A DNA stretch of 64,000 nucleotides, from assembly GCA_017499595.2 (NCBI GenBank), contig CM039002.1, positions 620,001 to 684,000 on the forward strand, read 5' to 3'. Made by a program: the position numbers and the translations under genes. Origin of the DNA: Psilocybe cubensis. Its lineage: Eukaryota. The notes under the pieces were generated by a model that saw only the letters and a list, made by a program, of their open reading frames with translations, was not told where the DNA came from and did not search any database. The stretch's first letter is position 1, and the number at the start of each line of letters is the position of its first letter. This document shows, in pieces, positions 1-12,957 of the stretch.

Positions 1-56
1 CACATATTCTTGATTTCTTGATAAACCCCAGCCCTTGACCTTTAGCGTACACCAAA

Positions 57-1011
57 ATGCCCCATCTGCCTACTTCGCAACAGTCCTCATCACAGAAGTC
101 ATATACTATGTCTCCTGTCTCGCCGACATCGTCTTATACCTCATCTGACTACTCGTATTTCTCTCCACACGCGCCATTTACCAGTCCGAGTCCAAGCACT
201 AGCAGTGGCACTTTGAGCGTTCCAAGTTCTCCGTACGTCAATGTTGGACCTCTTGCTATTGGACATGGGTACAAACCTCCAATGTCACACAGCGCAGGCA
301 CAACTATAACAACGACGACGACCTCGCCTGGCGGTCCCGTTATCACCGCCACTATGACGACGCGTACTTCAGCAGGCATTAGCAACGTCAGTAGTGCCGG
401 TGGCGGTGGCTACGGCAGTTATTCTGGCTACCAGCCCCAAGCCAACAGCAATCAGGATGTCCTTCAGCAGTTTGCGCTCCACATTCCGCCTCCACCGCCA
501 TTATCGCTGTCTCTTTCTACACAGCGCAATCCTTCCGCTTCCTCCACGGACTCTCGGAATTCCTCTGGATCTCCTCAGATGTCCCTCTCAAGCACACCGG
601 CCCAGCATACGCTCAGCGTGCTGCTTCCTCGAAACGTCCAGCCTGAAATGGTCACTATATCGGCGAATAAAGGTGATCGAATACGCGTCGTGGCCGATGC
701 ATGGGGTGGTGGAAATGAATGTGAGTCTGTTCTTACTCTCGGATGCTCCGTGACTTCTGTCCCTTTTTTGAAATTGTGAACGGGCACTAACGACTGATGT
801 TTATCCCCCTTTCAACAACTTTAATCTCCATATTGTGTTACATGCTCACCTCACGAATTTTTACGGTGCCCTTACAGGTCATTATGAATGGCAGATCAGC
901 TTCCCACCTCATGACATAGATATGGGCGCTGTACATGCTCGCTTCGATCCCGATGGCCGATTGACGCTTGAAGTGAGGAGAAGAGCTGCTGCCAGAGCGC
1001 GTTATCTCTGA
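57..1011 (+). CDS. Ser/Thr-rich protein with C-terminal HSP20/alpha-crystallin-like domain (2 exons: 57-720, 878-1011)
   Basis: ORF 57-779 up to the GTGAGT donor at 721. The acceptor TTACAG at 877 continues in frame as HYEWQISFPPHDIDMGAVHARFDPDGRLTLEVRRR to TGA 1009-1011. The V.A.F..G.L.L pattern resembles the HSP20 C-terminal strands; the domain call is inference. Confidence 0.65.
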
Positions 1012-2504
1012 TGCAACATCTCCATTGTATCCCCTCTTCCCTGACATTCAGCATCTCAAACCCGATCCAAGAGCTATGGTAGGAATACCGAACACACATC
1101 GCGTCGACGTGTCCTCTAGGCAAAACTGATGATGGGGGCACGTGTACATGAACACATGAGCGACGAGGTGGAGTTGCGGATCCGAGATCATCAGTCTGCT
1201 CTTTTTTACGGCGTTGGGACTTGGGACCCTGAAGTCCTTGACTTTGCGGGGGTATTTTATTCCCTTTTGTTATCATTCCTGAAATTCTAGATATTTTATG
1301 GTCTTATTTTTCAATGGGCCCTCCGTCGGTTTACCATGACGAAAAAGACATTCACGACCTTGTGAGTGTCTAGGTACTAGTAAACTGGTGTTTGTCAGGT
1401 TTCTTTGATCCTTCCTGGCCAGTTTTCTGCGGCACCTTGGGTAAACTCAACGTTACCTCGACTCCCGGCTCCGACACGACTTTACTCTCACTCTATTTTC
1501 TTTATATGTATGATCCGAAATTTTGACCGGCTGGCACGTCATCATATCGTGAAGGGCTATGCAATGGGAATGGGATGCTGCGGGTGTCCTAATTACACCG
1601 ATACCTCGAGAGATACCTCGTAGAACTACATTCTGATCTATGCAAACTCCTTGTCATAATGTATATATATGCAATCCATCGATATTGCAACTGTGATTCG
1701 CAAGGTAGATGACTGAAGGGCGACAGTCAACGTAAATGATTACATTAAGGATCCAAAGAGTAAATAATTCACATCGTGGTGCGAGCACAGGCCCATGCAG
1801 GCCTCCTAAACCTAGTTCCTTTCGCATTATTACCTCCGCCTATAAGATGCTTCCCGGTCTGAGTAGCCAACGGGTAAGCCCCGCAAACTGCGAGATTTTA
1901 AACGAGGCTTCCTCCGACAGCCTACCGGAGGCTCAGAAGGACGTTTCTTCACATGATGATCGAATACTTGTCTTCAATTCTGAATTTGTTCTTCGGAGTT
2001 CCACTCCTGCGAATCATAGGTGACATAGCAACAAAATTCATTACGACTTGTACATTAAGGTAATTAAACATTCAAACGTAAAGTTTAATTACTTTACAGG
2101 AGCTGAAGTAGTCGTATATTCCCGACATCAAACCATCGAGGTTTCTTGCAACGTCTAGCATCATCATTTATGACCACATTTCACCCACTGCCACATCTCA
2201 CCTCATGTCTTCAACTTCGTGACAAAAACAGACTAGTTCCAGTTCTTGAATTTGTTCACAGGAAGACGGAAGACACAAATTGAAGAATTTCTCTGTAATT
2301 CTTCTTAGACCATGATCTAAAAATAGAATCAAAAAGGCTGACATGCACAAAAACATACAATTCGTCCAAATTGCAATGGACTATACCTTGGATCCTGGCC
2401 TGGGCGGCTGACGAAAGTTTCAAAAAAGTATATGGCGCAAATCCCGCCGGCCTTACTTGTCCTTGCAGGCCAGACTCGTCCACGACCAACATAGGCACAG
2501 CAAG

Positions 2505-4009
2505 ATGGGTAACTCAAACAACAAATCGTCATTGTTCGTTGGACTGTTGATAGCGATACCCGCAGCCACTGCTCAGAATCTCAGAACAACCACCGCATTC
2601 CCTCTTCCCAGCATCCCGACCATCTCTGCTCTCGCCCCGCTCCCCGTCCAGTCGACACAAAAATTCCAACCTCAGTTATCCATTCTGCCTAGCCAGCCCA
2701 TCTCACTGAATACGCTCGTCGCTGCCCCAGTACCATCCGGATTCCCATCTCCACTTCCAGACGGTGTTGCCCGTACCGCCTCCGGGAAACCTATACCATG
2801 TTCCCCAAAGAACGTCAAGTTGAACCCTTCAACGCATAAGCTCATTTCGGAGTGTGTTGAAACCTCTTTCTGCGCCCAACCGCCTGGGACACCTGTAAAT
2901 GCTACTGGCCTCGGAATCTGCTTCCCTCGTTTGTGTAGACGCGATGAGTATCCGTTCGGATATGGCACATATGGTGGAGGACAAGGCAGAAGAAAAAACG
3001 CGACTGTGATCCCGATCCCACCCATGTGCCCAAAAGGAACATTCTGCCCGGACACCGGTAGTGGATGCAGGCTGGAAGTTGAGATTGGGGGTCAATGCGA
3101 ACTGGCGCGGGATGAACAGTGCATGGCTCCACCGCCTAATCCAAACGTCAACCCAAAGGAGAATAAAGCGATATGCCTGAACGGTGTGTGCATGTATGTC
3201 CAGATCCCATTGTTCGCACAGTTTGCGGTTATTAATGCTGCGATTACGCGTTCGTTGTTCCTAGGGCAGCAACACAACCGTTGGGTGAAAGTTGCACGAT
3301 AGAAAACACGACGTATGTGAGCGACATGAACAGAGGTGCAGCCGGAGGAGGCCAATTCATTAGTTACGTCATCAAACACAACTGCCTCGCGCCCGATCTT
3401 TTCTGTGATCCAACCGGAAGCGCAAGCGGTCCAGTTTGTCAAAAGGTCAAAAATCTGAGTGAAAAGTGCAGGTTTGATGCTGAGTGTAAATCGGTGAGAA
3501 ACTTTTTTCCTGTGACGGATCATGGAGAGATCGCTAATAAGTTGGTTTGTTGCTTGCCATTCGTTGGTCAGGGTAACTGTGCTGATATGTCCAACACTTG
3601 CATACCAGCTCCTGACTCAGCATTCCATATTGCGCCCTGGCAATGGTTTGCAACAATTATGTCTATCGTACTCTGTAAGTTCAAAGATAAACGCAGAGAG
3701 CGAAAAGGCTGACATATTCGATGACATGATATACCAGTCCTAATCTCTGCAATTCTCGTCCTCCTATTTCTCCATCGTCGGCAACGGTACCTCCGATACC
3801 AAGAGTTGCAAGAATACTATTATGAGCAAATGAGGTGAGTGGTATCAGAATTCATATAAGTCAACAACTGTGTTGACCATAGACTTGATAAAAGCTTGCG
3901 CCGGTCGATTCTTGCCCTACACGCTGCTGCTGCTGCCGACAAACATGCAACGAGCAAAAGATCCAAAAATGAGAGTGCGGATATTGTTAGCGAGAAGGAA
4001 CGATTTTAG
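2505..4009 (+). CDS. Cys-rich secreted/type-I membrane protein of unknown function (~5 exons)
   Basis: N-terminal hydrophobic signal (SSLFVGLLIAIPAATA), Pro-rich linker and many Cys. A spliced TM segment (WQWFATIMSIVL/..ISAILVLLFL) is followed by a basic HRRQR tail. GT-AG introns join ORFs 2457-3302, 3281-3712 and downstream exons to TAG 4007-4009. Confidence 0.75.
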
Positions 4010-4419
4010 TATGGTGGAGAGTATAGCCTAAGTCATTGTTGGCTTCTATCCAGTCTGACGATTGAAGGCGTGGCTGGTGTGAAGTGATAAATAGGCTGAA
4101 ATAATGATGTGCGAGAGTATGAATATATCTACTAAGTATTCTGCAAAGAGCCGTCAGTAAATTCGCGCAGAGATTTCGTTTGAGGGACAAAAAATGGAGC
4201 TATGCATCAGTGAACATTCCACTCCAATGGTGGACAAATTAAGCCGGATATAGATCACTCTGCTTCCCAAATGCGATACCGAGGCAGAAGCCTGGATATC
4301 AACATTTCGAAGCGTCATCTGGCCCCGGCAGATGTCGTCATATAGAAGTTTGAGAAGAGGGGAGGGTACAGAACATTCACTCACATATATTGTATCCTAA
4401 ACTCCTATCTGATGGGCCT

Positions 4420-5892
4420 TTACACATCGTCATCTTCTTCATCCGTGAGCTCTTCTCCCTGGCGTATTCCTTGGTGTCGCTCATAACCATCACGGCGCGC
4501 CCATGAAAATCCGTCGGTGTACGGATTAATACGCAAAGGTAAAATGAGAGTCCATAAGGAACTGGAAACCGGTAAGTTAGTCTCTAGATTGAGAAGGGGC
4601 GAGTACGTACTACCCAGAGTCTCCTAAATTGAAAAAGAACGCCAAATTCTTCTTTTTGCTATTTCCCGATCCAAATTTTAGAGCACCGTGATGTTAGCAG
4701 ATCTGTGTACGCACCCTACATCGTAGGAGTTGACAAATTCCTGATAGGAGAAGCGTCAATAATAATTCAAAAAGCCGTACCACATCACACAGACCTCATT
4801 TCTAGCCTTCGCCTTTTTCCGGTATTCGTCGTGGTCCTGGGCTTCGACGGTGGTCTCACCCCAGGAGATGCCGTATAGATGATATGATAACATGACACCG
4901 ACTGCAAAGCATAGAACAATTGAGAGAATATACATCATGGCAAACATTATTTCTGGGACGTGATGGTCCCAAGGCTAATTGACTATTAGCCAAAGGAATT
5001 GAACAAAAAAGAGTCAAAGTACCTTATAAGATACTCCAATGGAATCAAAGAATTTATCGTATCCAGAAGCGCATAAGCAGAAAGTGGAAAGGACGAGGTA
5101 GGCCCTGTAGAACCAATGAGAACATGTTTTCGCGAAATGAGTATCAATTCTTACATGAACAACACAAAATGGCGCTCATTGTGCAAACCCACGCATTGAT
5201 TAATCCCTAACGCATATCATTACTGTTGTCTAGACAGTAACTGTGCTCATATACTCACACTATACATGTCCATGAATAAGGGTGTAGGGGTCAGGCGGGT
5301 TGAACTCACTGGACAGTGGTGGTCATATTTCAAAACACATTTATTACATATCCGACAATGATGGGCTCTCTTAAAAGGGAGTTAATAATGTACACTAATC
5401 GATAGAGCAAACGCACATACCTCTGGTCGCGATTTTTTGCATTTCCAACATTTGGTATATGAGGCAGGTGTGATTTTGGTACCTCTGGTCGTCCACCTCA
5501 CCCCACCAGTCAGTACTTTCTGTTTCCCCTTCCTTCCTTTTGTTGCCCAAAATATTCCTGTTCCAGGCTCCCGTGGAGGATCATCAACGAAACCTGGCGA
5601 AACGGTCACCACGTAGTAATAATGCATAAGTAAATTCAGTGTTATGAGGATGCATAAAGGAATTGTGATTATTGGGTATGAGAGATCCGGTGCAATTACA
5701 TCAACTGGTGTACTGGTGGTTCAGTAATGTTCATATCTTAATAAAAAGCCAAGGCTCACAAAAGCATACAACTCCAAGAGACATTAAAATTACTGCGAAT
5801 CCGACAAAGTATGGCCCAGCCGCGCCTGTGATTGCGTTCCCCCATCTTTCTAGAGTTTTAAAGCACTTGAAGACTGTCTTCGCGCATATCAT
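4420..5892 (-). CDS. DHHC-type protein S-palmitoyltransferase (multi-exon, includes probable 1-nt exon at 5259)
   Basis: Spliced product reads [48 protein letters not shown] (DHHC Cys-rich domain), with TM helices, a GETTVE (TTxE) motif and an acidic C-terminus ending at TAA 4420-4422. Confidence 0.92.
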
Positions 5893-6309
5893 GACAATTA
5901 GAGAGAGAGGACCTGGTGCCAGGCCCAGGTGGTAGTGGTGCTTGAACAGGATTGTAGGACATGACGAACGCATACAGTCACAATCATAGACTCACGTGAA
6001 ACGTCACAGTCAGAGTTCGGCACGTTCGGCATACAAGCCTTCATGGTCCCGGTCCCCACGGTGCGCGCTGCCAGTACAAATTTTCTACTGAAGTATTCGA
6101 CCCTGTGTGGCAATCGCGTGAGATAATTTTTCAGGCGCATTTTGTAATTTATATTTCCTCAGATGACTATTTCTGATGAAGTAAACGGATCTATATCCGA
6201 GAATTACGGTGTTTTCGCCAGAATTTGAATAGCGCCCATACAATGATTGGATTTGGTCAAATTGGTAGGTGGATAAGCGCCTGCATTGAACTTGTAAAGT
6301 AATCCTTGA

Positions 6310-6813
6310 CAATGCAGAGAAGGTGGTCATGGAGAAACTTTTCAAACCGTATGTTATTATTACGTTAAATCGATCATTGATTTCTAAAACAATCTCTAGA
6401 ATGCGAGGCAAATAAGGAGACAAAGATGCATACGGCAAATACGTTGCCGCCCTCGACAGCAAACTCGACGCTTATGAGCGAATCCTGAGCAAGCAGAAGT
6501 ATCTCTGGCTGGAAAGGTAAGCATACTGTTTAGTATTTTTAATTTATGTTTTAGGCTACCAGAACATTACCCTTGCAGACTTGTTCCACATACCATACGG
6601 TGCTGTACTGCCACTCGCCGGAGCACCTCTTCTGGACACAGTAGACTCCAGGCCAAATGTAACTACGTGGGTATAGTAACGTCTATTGCTACACAAATGA
6701 ATAGTGCCAATGCTAATTACAAATACAACAGGTGGTGGTGGAGGGATATAACTTCGCGCCCTTCGTGGCAAGCAGTCAGACCATTGGAAAAAATTCTGAA
6801 TACCGAAACATAG
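6310..6813 (+). pseudogene. glutathione S-transferase relic (C-terminal domain only)
   Basis: Spliced fragments read AEKVVMEKLFKP / MRGK*GDKDAYGKYVAALDSKLDAYERILSKQKYL / NITLADLFHIPYG...SRPNV / WWRDITSRPSWQAV. There is an in-frame TAA near 6413, a 2-nt frameshift in the KYLAG motif (TATCTCTGGCTGGA), and no recognisable N-terminal domain. Confidence 0.8.
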
Positions 6814-6836
6814 TCTTTTCTTCACTTGGTGGATTT

Positions 6837-9800
6837 TTAACTAGTGCCGAATATATTCTTCCATCGTGGTCCCCCAACGTCACCGAGAACTCGCTCAACT
6901 TCGCTTTGTTCCAGATTGAGAAGCATCCTTTGCTCGCCTTTACGAGTGACGGTCAATCCTTCCTCCACAATAATTGCACGGGAGGCGGCAAGAGAGTCCA
7001 TTACCATCGCCAGCTCTGCTGGAGTGGGTTTACGTTTCGGGTCGTCTTCTTCAGTCAAAATATCCATATAGGTCAGATGTTGATCGTGGACCTTTAAACG
7101 TCGAGATCAATATCGGCAAATGGACATTGAGACAAACAGATCACTACTTGCCTCACTTAATTTTATCTCTTCTACTCCTTCTCGTTTGACACATTTGATC
7201 AGGGATGCTAACATGAGGCGTTCGTGGAAGCTAAGGTCACGAAGATATGCTGCAGTCGGACTGTTCTGTAGTGATTGAATGACCTGCTGGATTTGAGCCA
7301 CTTTAACCGTAGTTTTCGTACGCCTCGCCACCTCTGCAGCTCGCCTAATTATCAAGTCAAGCAAAGGTTCCCAAACAAAGTTAAGCACCTTACCGACAAA
7401 TATCCAAGACACGTCTCGCATCTCCTGTGATTCTACTAACAGTCATAGATGCGTATCTGATAGCATCGTAAGCGATGATATCTTTCGATGCATCTTCCTC
7501 GTCTTCTAACCCTTCTTTCGCACTGGCTAATCGCGCTTGCACTATTTTGATCAGCTGTGGTTGCTTATAAGGCTCGAAGTTGATACGAGTCATCCCTGAC
7601 ACATTCTTTTTTCAGAGCGGTCGGGGAATTAGTCATAAAATAAAGCAAACCTAGTCGACTTCGAACTCTTCCTGTCATGACTCTTTCTGGGAGATCCATG
7701 GTGTTTGCAACAGCGATAACAACAAGCTTGCTACCAGCCATCGTGGGCCAGTTGAAAAAGTTATAAACGACCTCCTGTTTGGGTGTCACTAGTTGGTCTA
7801 ATTCATCCATTAGGACAACGCTAAGACATTGATCAATTGAATATTCTAAAACTGGATAGATGCGATGAAGACATACCAGGCATGCCCCCCCGGTCCACGA
7901 TTTCCGGTGGCAAAATGACGCGACAGGGCTTTCAGGGATTCTTTTGCGGAAAGACGGAGATGACCATCCTTCTTAACGTCGTGTCCTGATACACCTTCCC
8001 ATAAAAGATTGTATGCAGCAGCGGGTTCAGGAATTTTTAGGCCATTGATTTCGACATATGTGAAGGGATTGATTTCCTGTTGCAAAACCACCTTATTACA
8101 CAAATCAAGAAATAAAAAGAAACAACACCCACGCTACATTCTGCCATTCGTTTTAGCTCTTTCACTACGGTGTGTACAGTGGCTGTTTTCCCAGTTCCAG
8201 GAACACCAGAGATATCTAAAAAAACAAGGAATCAGAAAATTGTGGGTAAAAGTAATACTAATGTAACGCACATATACAGCCTCCACTGCCTTCTTCCAGA
8301 AGCTGGGAAACACTATTCATGACCAACGCATATTCGTCGTCACGACAAGGCAGGGTATCAGGCCTGCTTCCTACATGGAGCGCATGCAATGAACGCAGCC
8401 AAGGATCCTTTGGGAGGTGTGCCATGCTTGCTTGGAATGTGAGTGATTGCTCTGGGAACCGCAAAGTCATCCCAGTTTTCCGCTTTCTAGGTGAGTCGGT
8501 GACATTCCCATTCCTACGAGCTAACGCAGCTTTGGAGTGTGGAGTTGGATGGACAATAGTTCGATTGCGCTTCTTCTTTCGGGGCGTTTGCAGTGCACCA
8601 CCTCGCCGTTTTTTTGATGGAGTCCGGGGTTCACCCAGAGCATCTAGCTCGTCCTCCTCTTCAAACTCCTCTTCTTCGTGTTCATCGTCCTCCGCCATTT
8701 CATCGTCAGAGCCAGATTCTTCCTCCTGTTCTATATACTGATCGGATGCACCGTCGTCGAACTCGGAGTGATCGCTCTCCGCACCGTCCTCTTGTACTCC
8801 ATCGCCATCCTCTTGTTTGCCACCCTTTCGACGAACTTTTGCGGCCTTGGCTTTTGGCTTTGTTTTGGTTGGTGATGCACCTGCTGTTGCCTTTGATCCT
8901 TTATCTCCTTCCACATCCCATATATCCCCTTCTCCCCAATTGTAGGCGTCGTTCTTCCCAGAACTTGGGCCGGAATCGTCTTTGGGGGGTTGTGATCTTG
9001 TAAGCGTTGTACGGCGATGTCGATCGTAGTCAAGCTCGTAGAACAAGCCTCGTCGAGAGTCTACTGCATATCGGCAATAAAATTTCTTTGTTGGATCGTC
9101 TTTAAAAGCAGAATCGTCTTGTTTACTTGTAGTTTCTTCTAGTTCGTCATCGGGTGATCTGAATCGAGTAGACTTTTTAAGAGGTGATTTAGGGCGCTGT
9201 GACGGTTTATCAACAACATATATGAACTTTGGTTGTTCCAAAGCAATGGCGCTGGGAGAAGTGGAGACTGTGCATCGCGAAAGAATGACACCGGGCGTCA
9301 GGGTTACTCTTGTCGAAAGGGAATAATAAATTTCATTCTGTTGATTGAATAAGATAGTCGAAAATAATCGCATGGGAAGAGTTTACAAACCTCTTTATGC
9401 TCTCTCTTTGCTCGGATACTAGCCATTTCCGAAGGTCGCAGGAACCAGTGAACACGAACACGCATCTTGGTAGAATCAAGGTCCACACTCTCCCCTTTCG
9501 TTCGTGTTTGCCACATAGACACAATGACACCGATGCTTGGAGGACGCTTTGTGAGATAAAGCGTGTCGGTTTCAACCATAACTGCATCTCCAATACGGTA
9601 TGTTTGGGTTTCTGTCGTTCCAGCTGCAATTCTTTTGGACCCTCCCTTGAAACTGGTTACTTTGCGCTTCATCAAAAACGCGTCGAAAAACACGGTTTCC
9701 TCCTCGTTATCATGCTCTTTTTCTTCTTCTGTCTGATTTTCACTTCTCTCATCCAGTTCTTCTGGCAATAGGTCGATAGCTGGATTCATTCTTCGTGTGT

Positions 9801-9918
9801 ATATTGGATCGCCTATCCATCGACAATCAAGGACATTTTTGTCGGAATGCTTCGCCGAAGGGGTTGCTGTTGGTTGAAATCTCTGAGAGCGTCGTGTTGG
9901 TGTTTGTGGCAAAGACAT
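6837..9918 (-). CDS. ORC1: origin recognition complex subunit 1 (BAH + AAA+ ATPase + winged helix)
   Basis: N-terminal BAH-like region ([10 protein letters not shown]), acidic/basic linker, Walker [12 protein letters not shown] after splicing, VEINGL, Walker [25 protein letters not shown] and [11 protein letters not shown]. Confidence 0.95.
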
Positions 9919-11681
9919 CAAGACCGTTGCTGCGGATAGCTTAGGGAATGCTTGCGCTTAAAACGACTTGAGGAAAGAATGTCAGGTTCAGTTTGGGTTG
10001 AATTCAATTAGGCGTGACGTGTTCTGGAACCGTTACATATCCCGTGATCTGCATCACATTACGTGACGTTCGTGATGCGACATGCATATAATTTCTCACG
10101 CTCTCCGGGCACTGACTCAGCTATCCCCCCGGCCTTTATCTTTACATTCCCGTCAATGACAAACGGCAACGCAATAACCCCTCCAAATGCATTATTAGCT
10201 ACAATGAGCTTGGGTCCGATATCTCTCCACATATATTCGGTGCCCTGACAAGAGCTACTCCAGAGTCCAAACTCTCCCTGTCTTGAAATTAGCTTGGCTT
10301 GAGATACAAGATGCGATGGACTACATGGCTAGACGCAGTCCCGGCACCCTAGACCATGCGTACACTCTTCCTTACAAACCAAACAGGACTGGGGAAATTT
10401 GTCATGTACCTCAGGAAGATGGTTATCAACACCGTGCAGTTCCGCTGAACAAAAGTTGATATGGAAATAATGTAGCGTTTCCGACCTTGACATTATTTAC
10501 AGTGCTGCCACGAGTCTCTTAACCTACTTTAGGAATTCCAAACGCGCTGTAGCATATATGTGCCGAACTCTTAGTATCAATCCTTCGCTAAACGTTAAGG
10601 TTCCCGAGAAAATATGAAATATTTAAGTCTATGGCATTTGCGTAATTCTGTTTTGTCACAGAGGGTGGCGAGGCTGTTCATCTCAACATTGGTCAAAGTT
10701 TGACGCGCCCCTTGCTCTCTGATCACTCGCCGCTGCGGAAGTTCAATTGGTGCTGTTGCTCCTAATCTTAATCTGGTCCGCCGCCACTGGCTTTTGTAAC
10801 GTATCCTATTGTACCGTGTCAGTACTACAATGCACAAATGCTTCTAAATGAATAGTTTCAGGAATTCGCATGCATGTTTTACGGTCGTCGGTCAGTAACT
10901 GCTCCGGCGAAAGAGAATATCAGGAGCGTCTTATATCTGCCATTACGTTTACGTTCTGTGTATAGTGAGGCTTCAAACTACAGACCAAAGATCCGCTAAG
11001 CTGTAGGTATTTTCTTCTTGATCGTCGATCCCCCTATAGCCAGATGATACACGACCTTTGATATATGCGACACTCAAAAACAGCAGCCTCCCCGCTGATA
11101 GTGAATATTTGCTCCTGCACAGGTCATTGCTGAATTTTGATGGAATGATAGATCATCAGAGGTCTCAAAGCCTCTCGGGGTGACAATTCGCCAACCCGAT
11201 AACTCGGCATCACTACAAATGATGATATCAGGCGCTCCATGCTACGGAATTGACGGATATACTCGTACAACGTGATCGATGATGCGTGGGTCCAATTTCC
11301 TTAATAGTCGATCAGAAAGGCGCCACAACTTGTATGCGATACCAAGAAGCACAGAATACTCAAACCAAAACTACTCACAAAACGGGGTCACTTCATGGGA
11401 AGCGTGAAACCAGCAGAATATGCTCTTTTTCTAGACTCTCTGATCGAATCTAGCAGCTTGACTAAAGACAACCTGGGTCTGATATGAATCTATGTCTGGT
11501 AGTGGAGGACCTTATTATCCGTTAACATTGAGCCCTTCAGTTTCGTAGTCAGCGACAATGGGGTGAGAGCGCTTACCCTGGTACAGATAACTTGGCCAAT
11601 AAAAACATATGCAAAACGGGAGTTGGGGTGTCCCCCGACCACACACTCCTAAACCCATCCTCGTCTAGACATTCATCAGCA

Positions 11682-12957
11682 ATGCCAGTTACCCACAAAG
11701 CCGCTCTGTACAAAGAAAAGTTTGGACCATTTGTTGTGGAAGAAGTTCAAACCTACAAACCCGGTCCTGGAGAGATTTTAATCAAGATACATGCAACCTC
11801 CCTGAACCCCGTCGACTGGAAAATTCACAAGACTGGGGTCTTCGGCGTGTGGTTAGAAAACTATCCTGCTATTGTTGGGACAGATATTGCTGGTGATGTC
11901 GAAGAAGTTGGGGAGGGTGTTTCCGAGTTCAAACGAGGAGACAAGGTGTATGTGTTCCTTTACTGAACTGAACTCGAGGCGCTATATTGGATTCATCATG
12001 ACCTTTCTTAGATTTTGTCAAGGAAAGCTTGAGAATGATGGAAGTAGCTTCCAGCAATACACCGTCGCTCTGGCTGCCACGGCTGCTCGAGTACGCTTGG
12101 AGCCATAAATATACTACTCCGTTTAAATGGTTTACGCTCTATTTATGTAGATCCCTCACAACCTCTCGTACGACGAGGTTGCGGCCCTCCCTGTTGTTCT
12201 CAGTTGCTCATGGGTTGCACTGTACAACAAAGTCCCCCATGGCCTAGGCATTACTCCTCCCACAACCAAGAAAACGCAGGGACTATATGCAGGTACACCA
12301 ATCCTCATCCTTGGCGGAGCAACGTCGGTTGGGCAGCTCGGTGAGTCCGTGATTGATTATCAACTTCATATATGCTCATGATGCGCCAGCCATACAATTT
12401 GCGAAGCTATCTGGCTTCTCGCCAATCATTGCTACAGCGTCATTGAAGCACAGCGATCACCTTAAATCCCTCGGAGCAACACACGTGCTGGACCGTAGTC
12501 TTCCGACAGAGACGCTCGTCGAGCAAAGCCGCCAGATCACTGACAAGCCGATCAAATACGTATTTGACACTGTATCGGCAGAGAGCACACAGAAAACTGG
12601 AATTGCTATTCTCGCGACTGGTGGAAATATGGCAGTTGTCCTTCCCCCTGCCGTCGAAGTACCGGAAGGGAAGAACATCATAGTTGCAATTGGCTTGTTG
12701 CGATTCCCATCAAATATCGAACTGCTCGAAAACCTTTACCATGATACTATCACAGGGATACTCGAGCAAGGCCTAATTAAGGTATGTGTATAATGACGGG
12801 ATCAATAAGACATCGATTTATCCGGCTCCTTCTTTAGCCTAACAAGATTGAAGTCCTTCCCAATGGGCTGGAGGGTATTGCTGAAGGAATGGCCAGAATG
12901 GAGGCAGATACCATCTCTGGTCTGAAACTTGTTGCCCATCCTCAGGAAACAGCTTAA
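11682..12957 (+). CDS. MDR/enoyl-reductase-like NAD(P)-dependent oxidoreductase (GroES-like + Rossmann), copy ER1
   Basis: SLNPVDWKI, YPAIVGTDIAGDVEEVG, ILGGATSVGQ, AKLSGFSPII; C-terminus GLKLVAHPQETA ends at TAA 12955-12957; canonical introns. Confidence 0.9.

Noticed and set aside
9950-11600. Short ORFs between ORC1 and ER1
   Set aside because: No motifs or coherent exon chain; consistent with divergent promoter/intergenic DNA.
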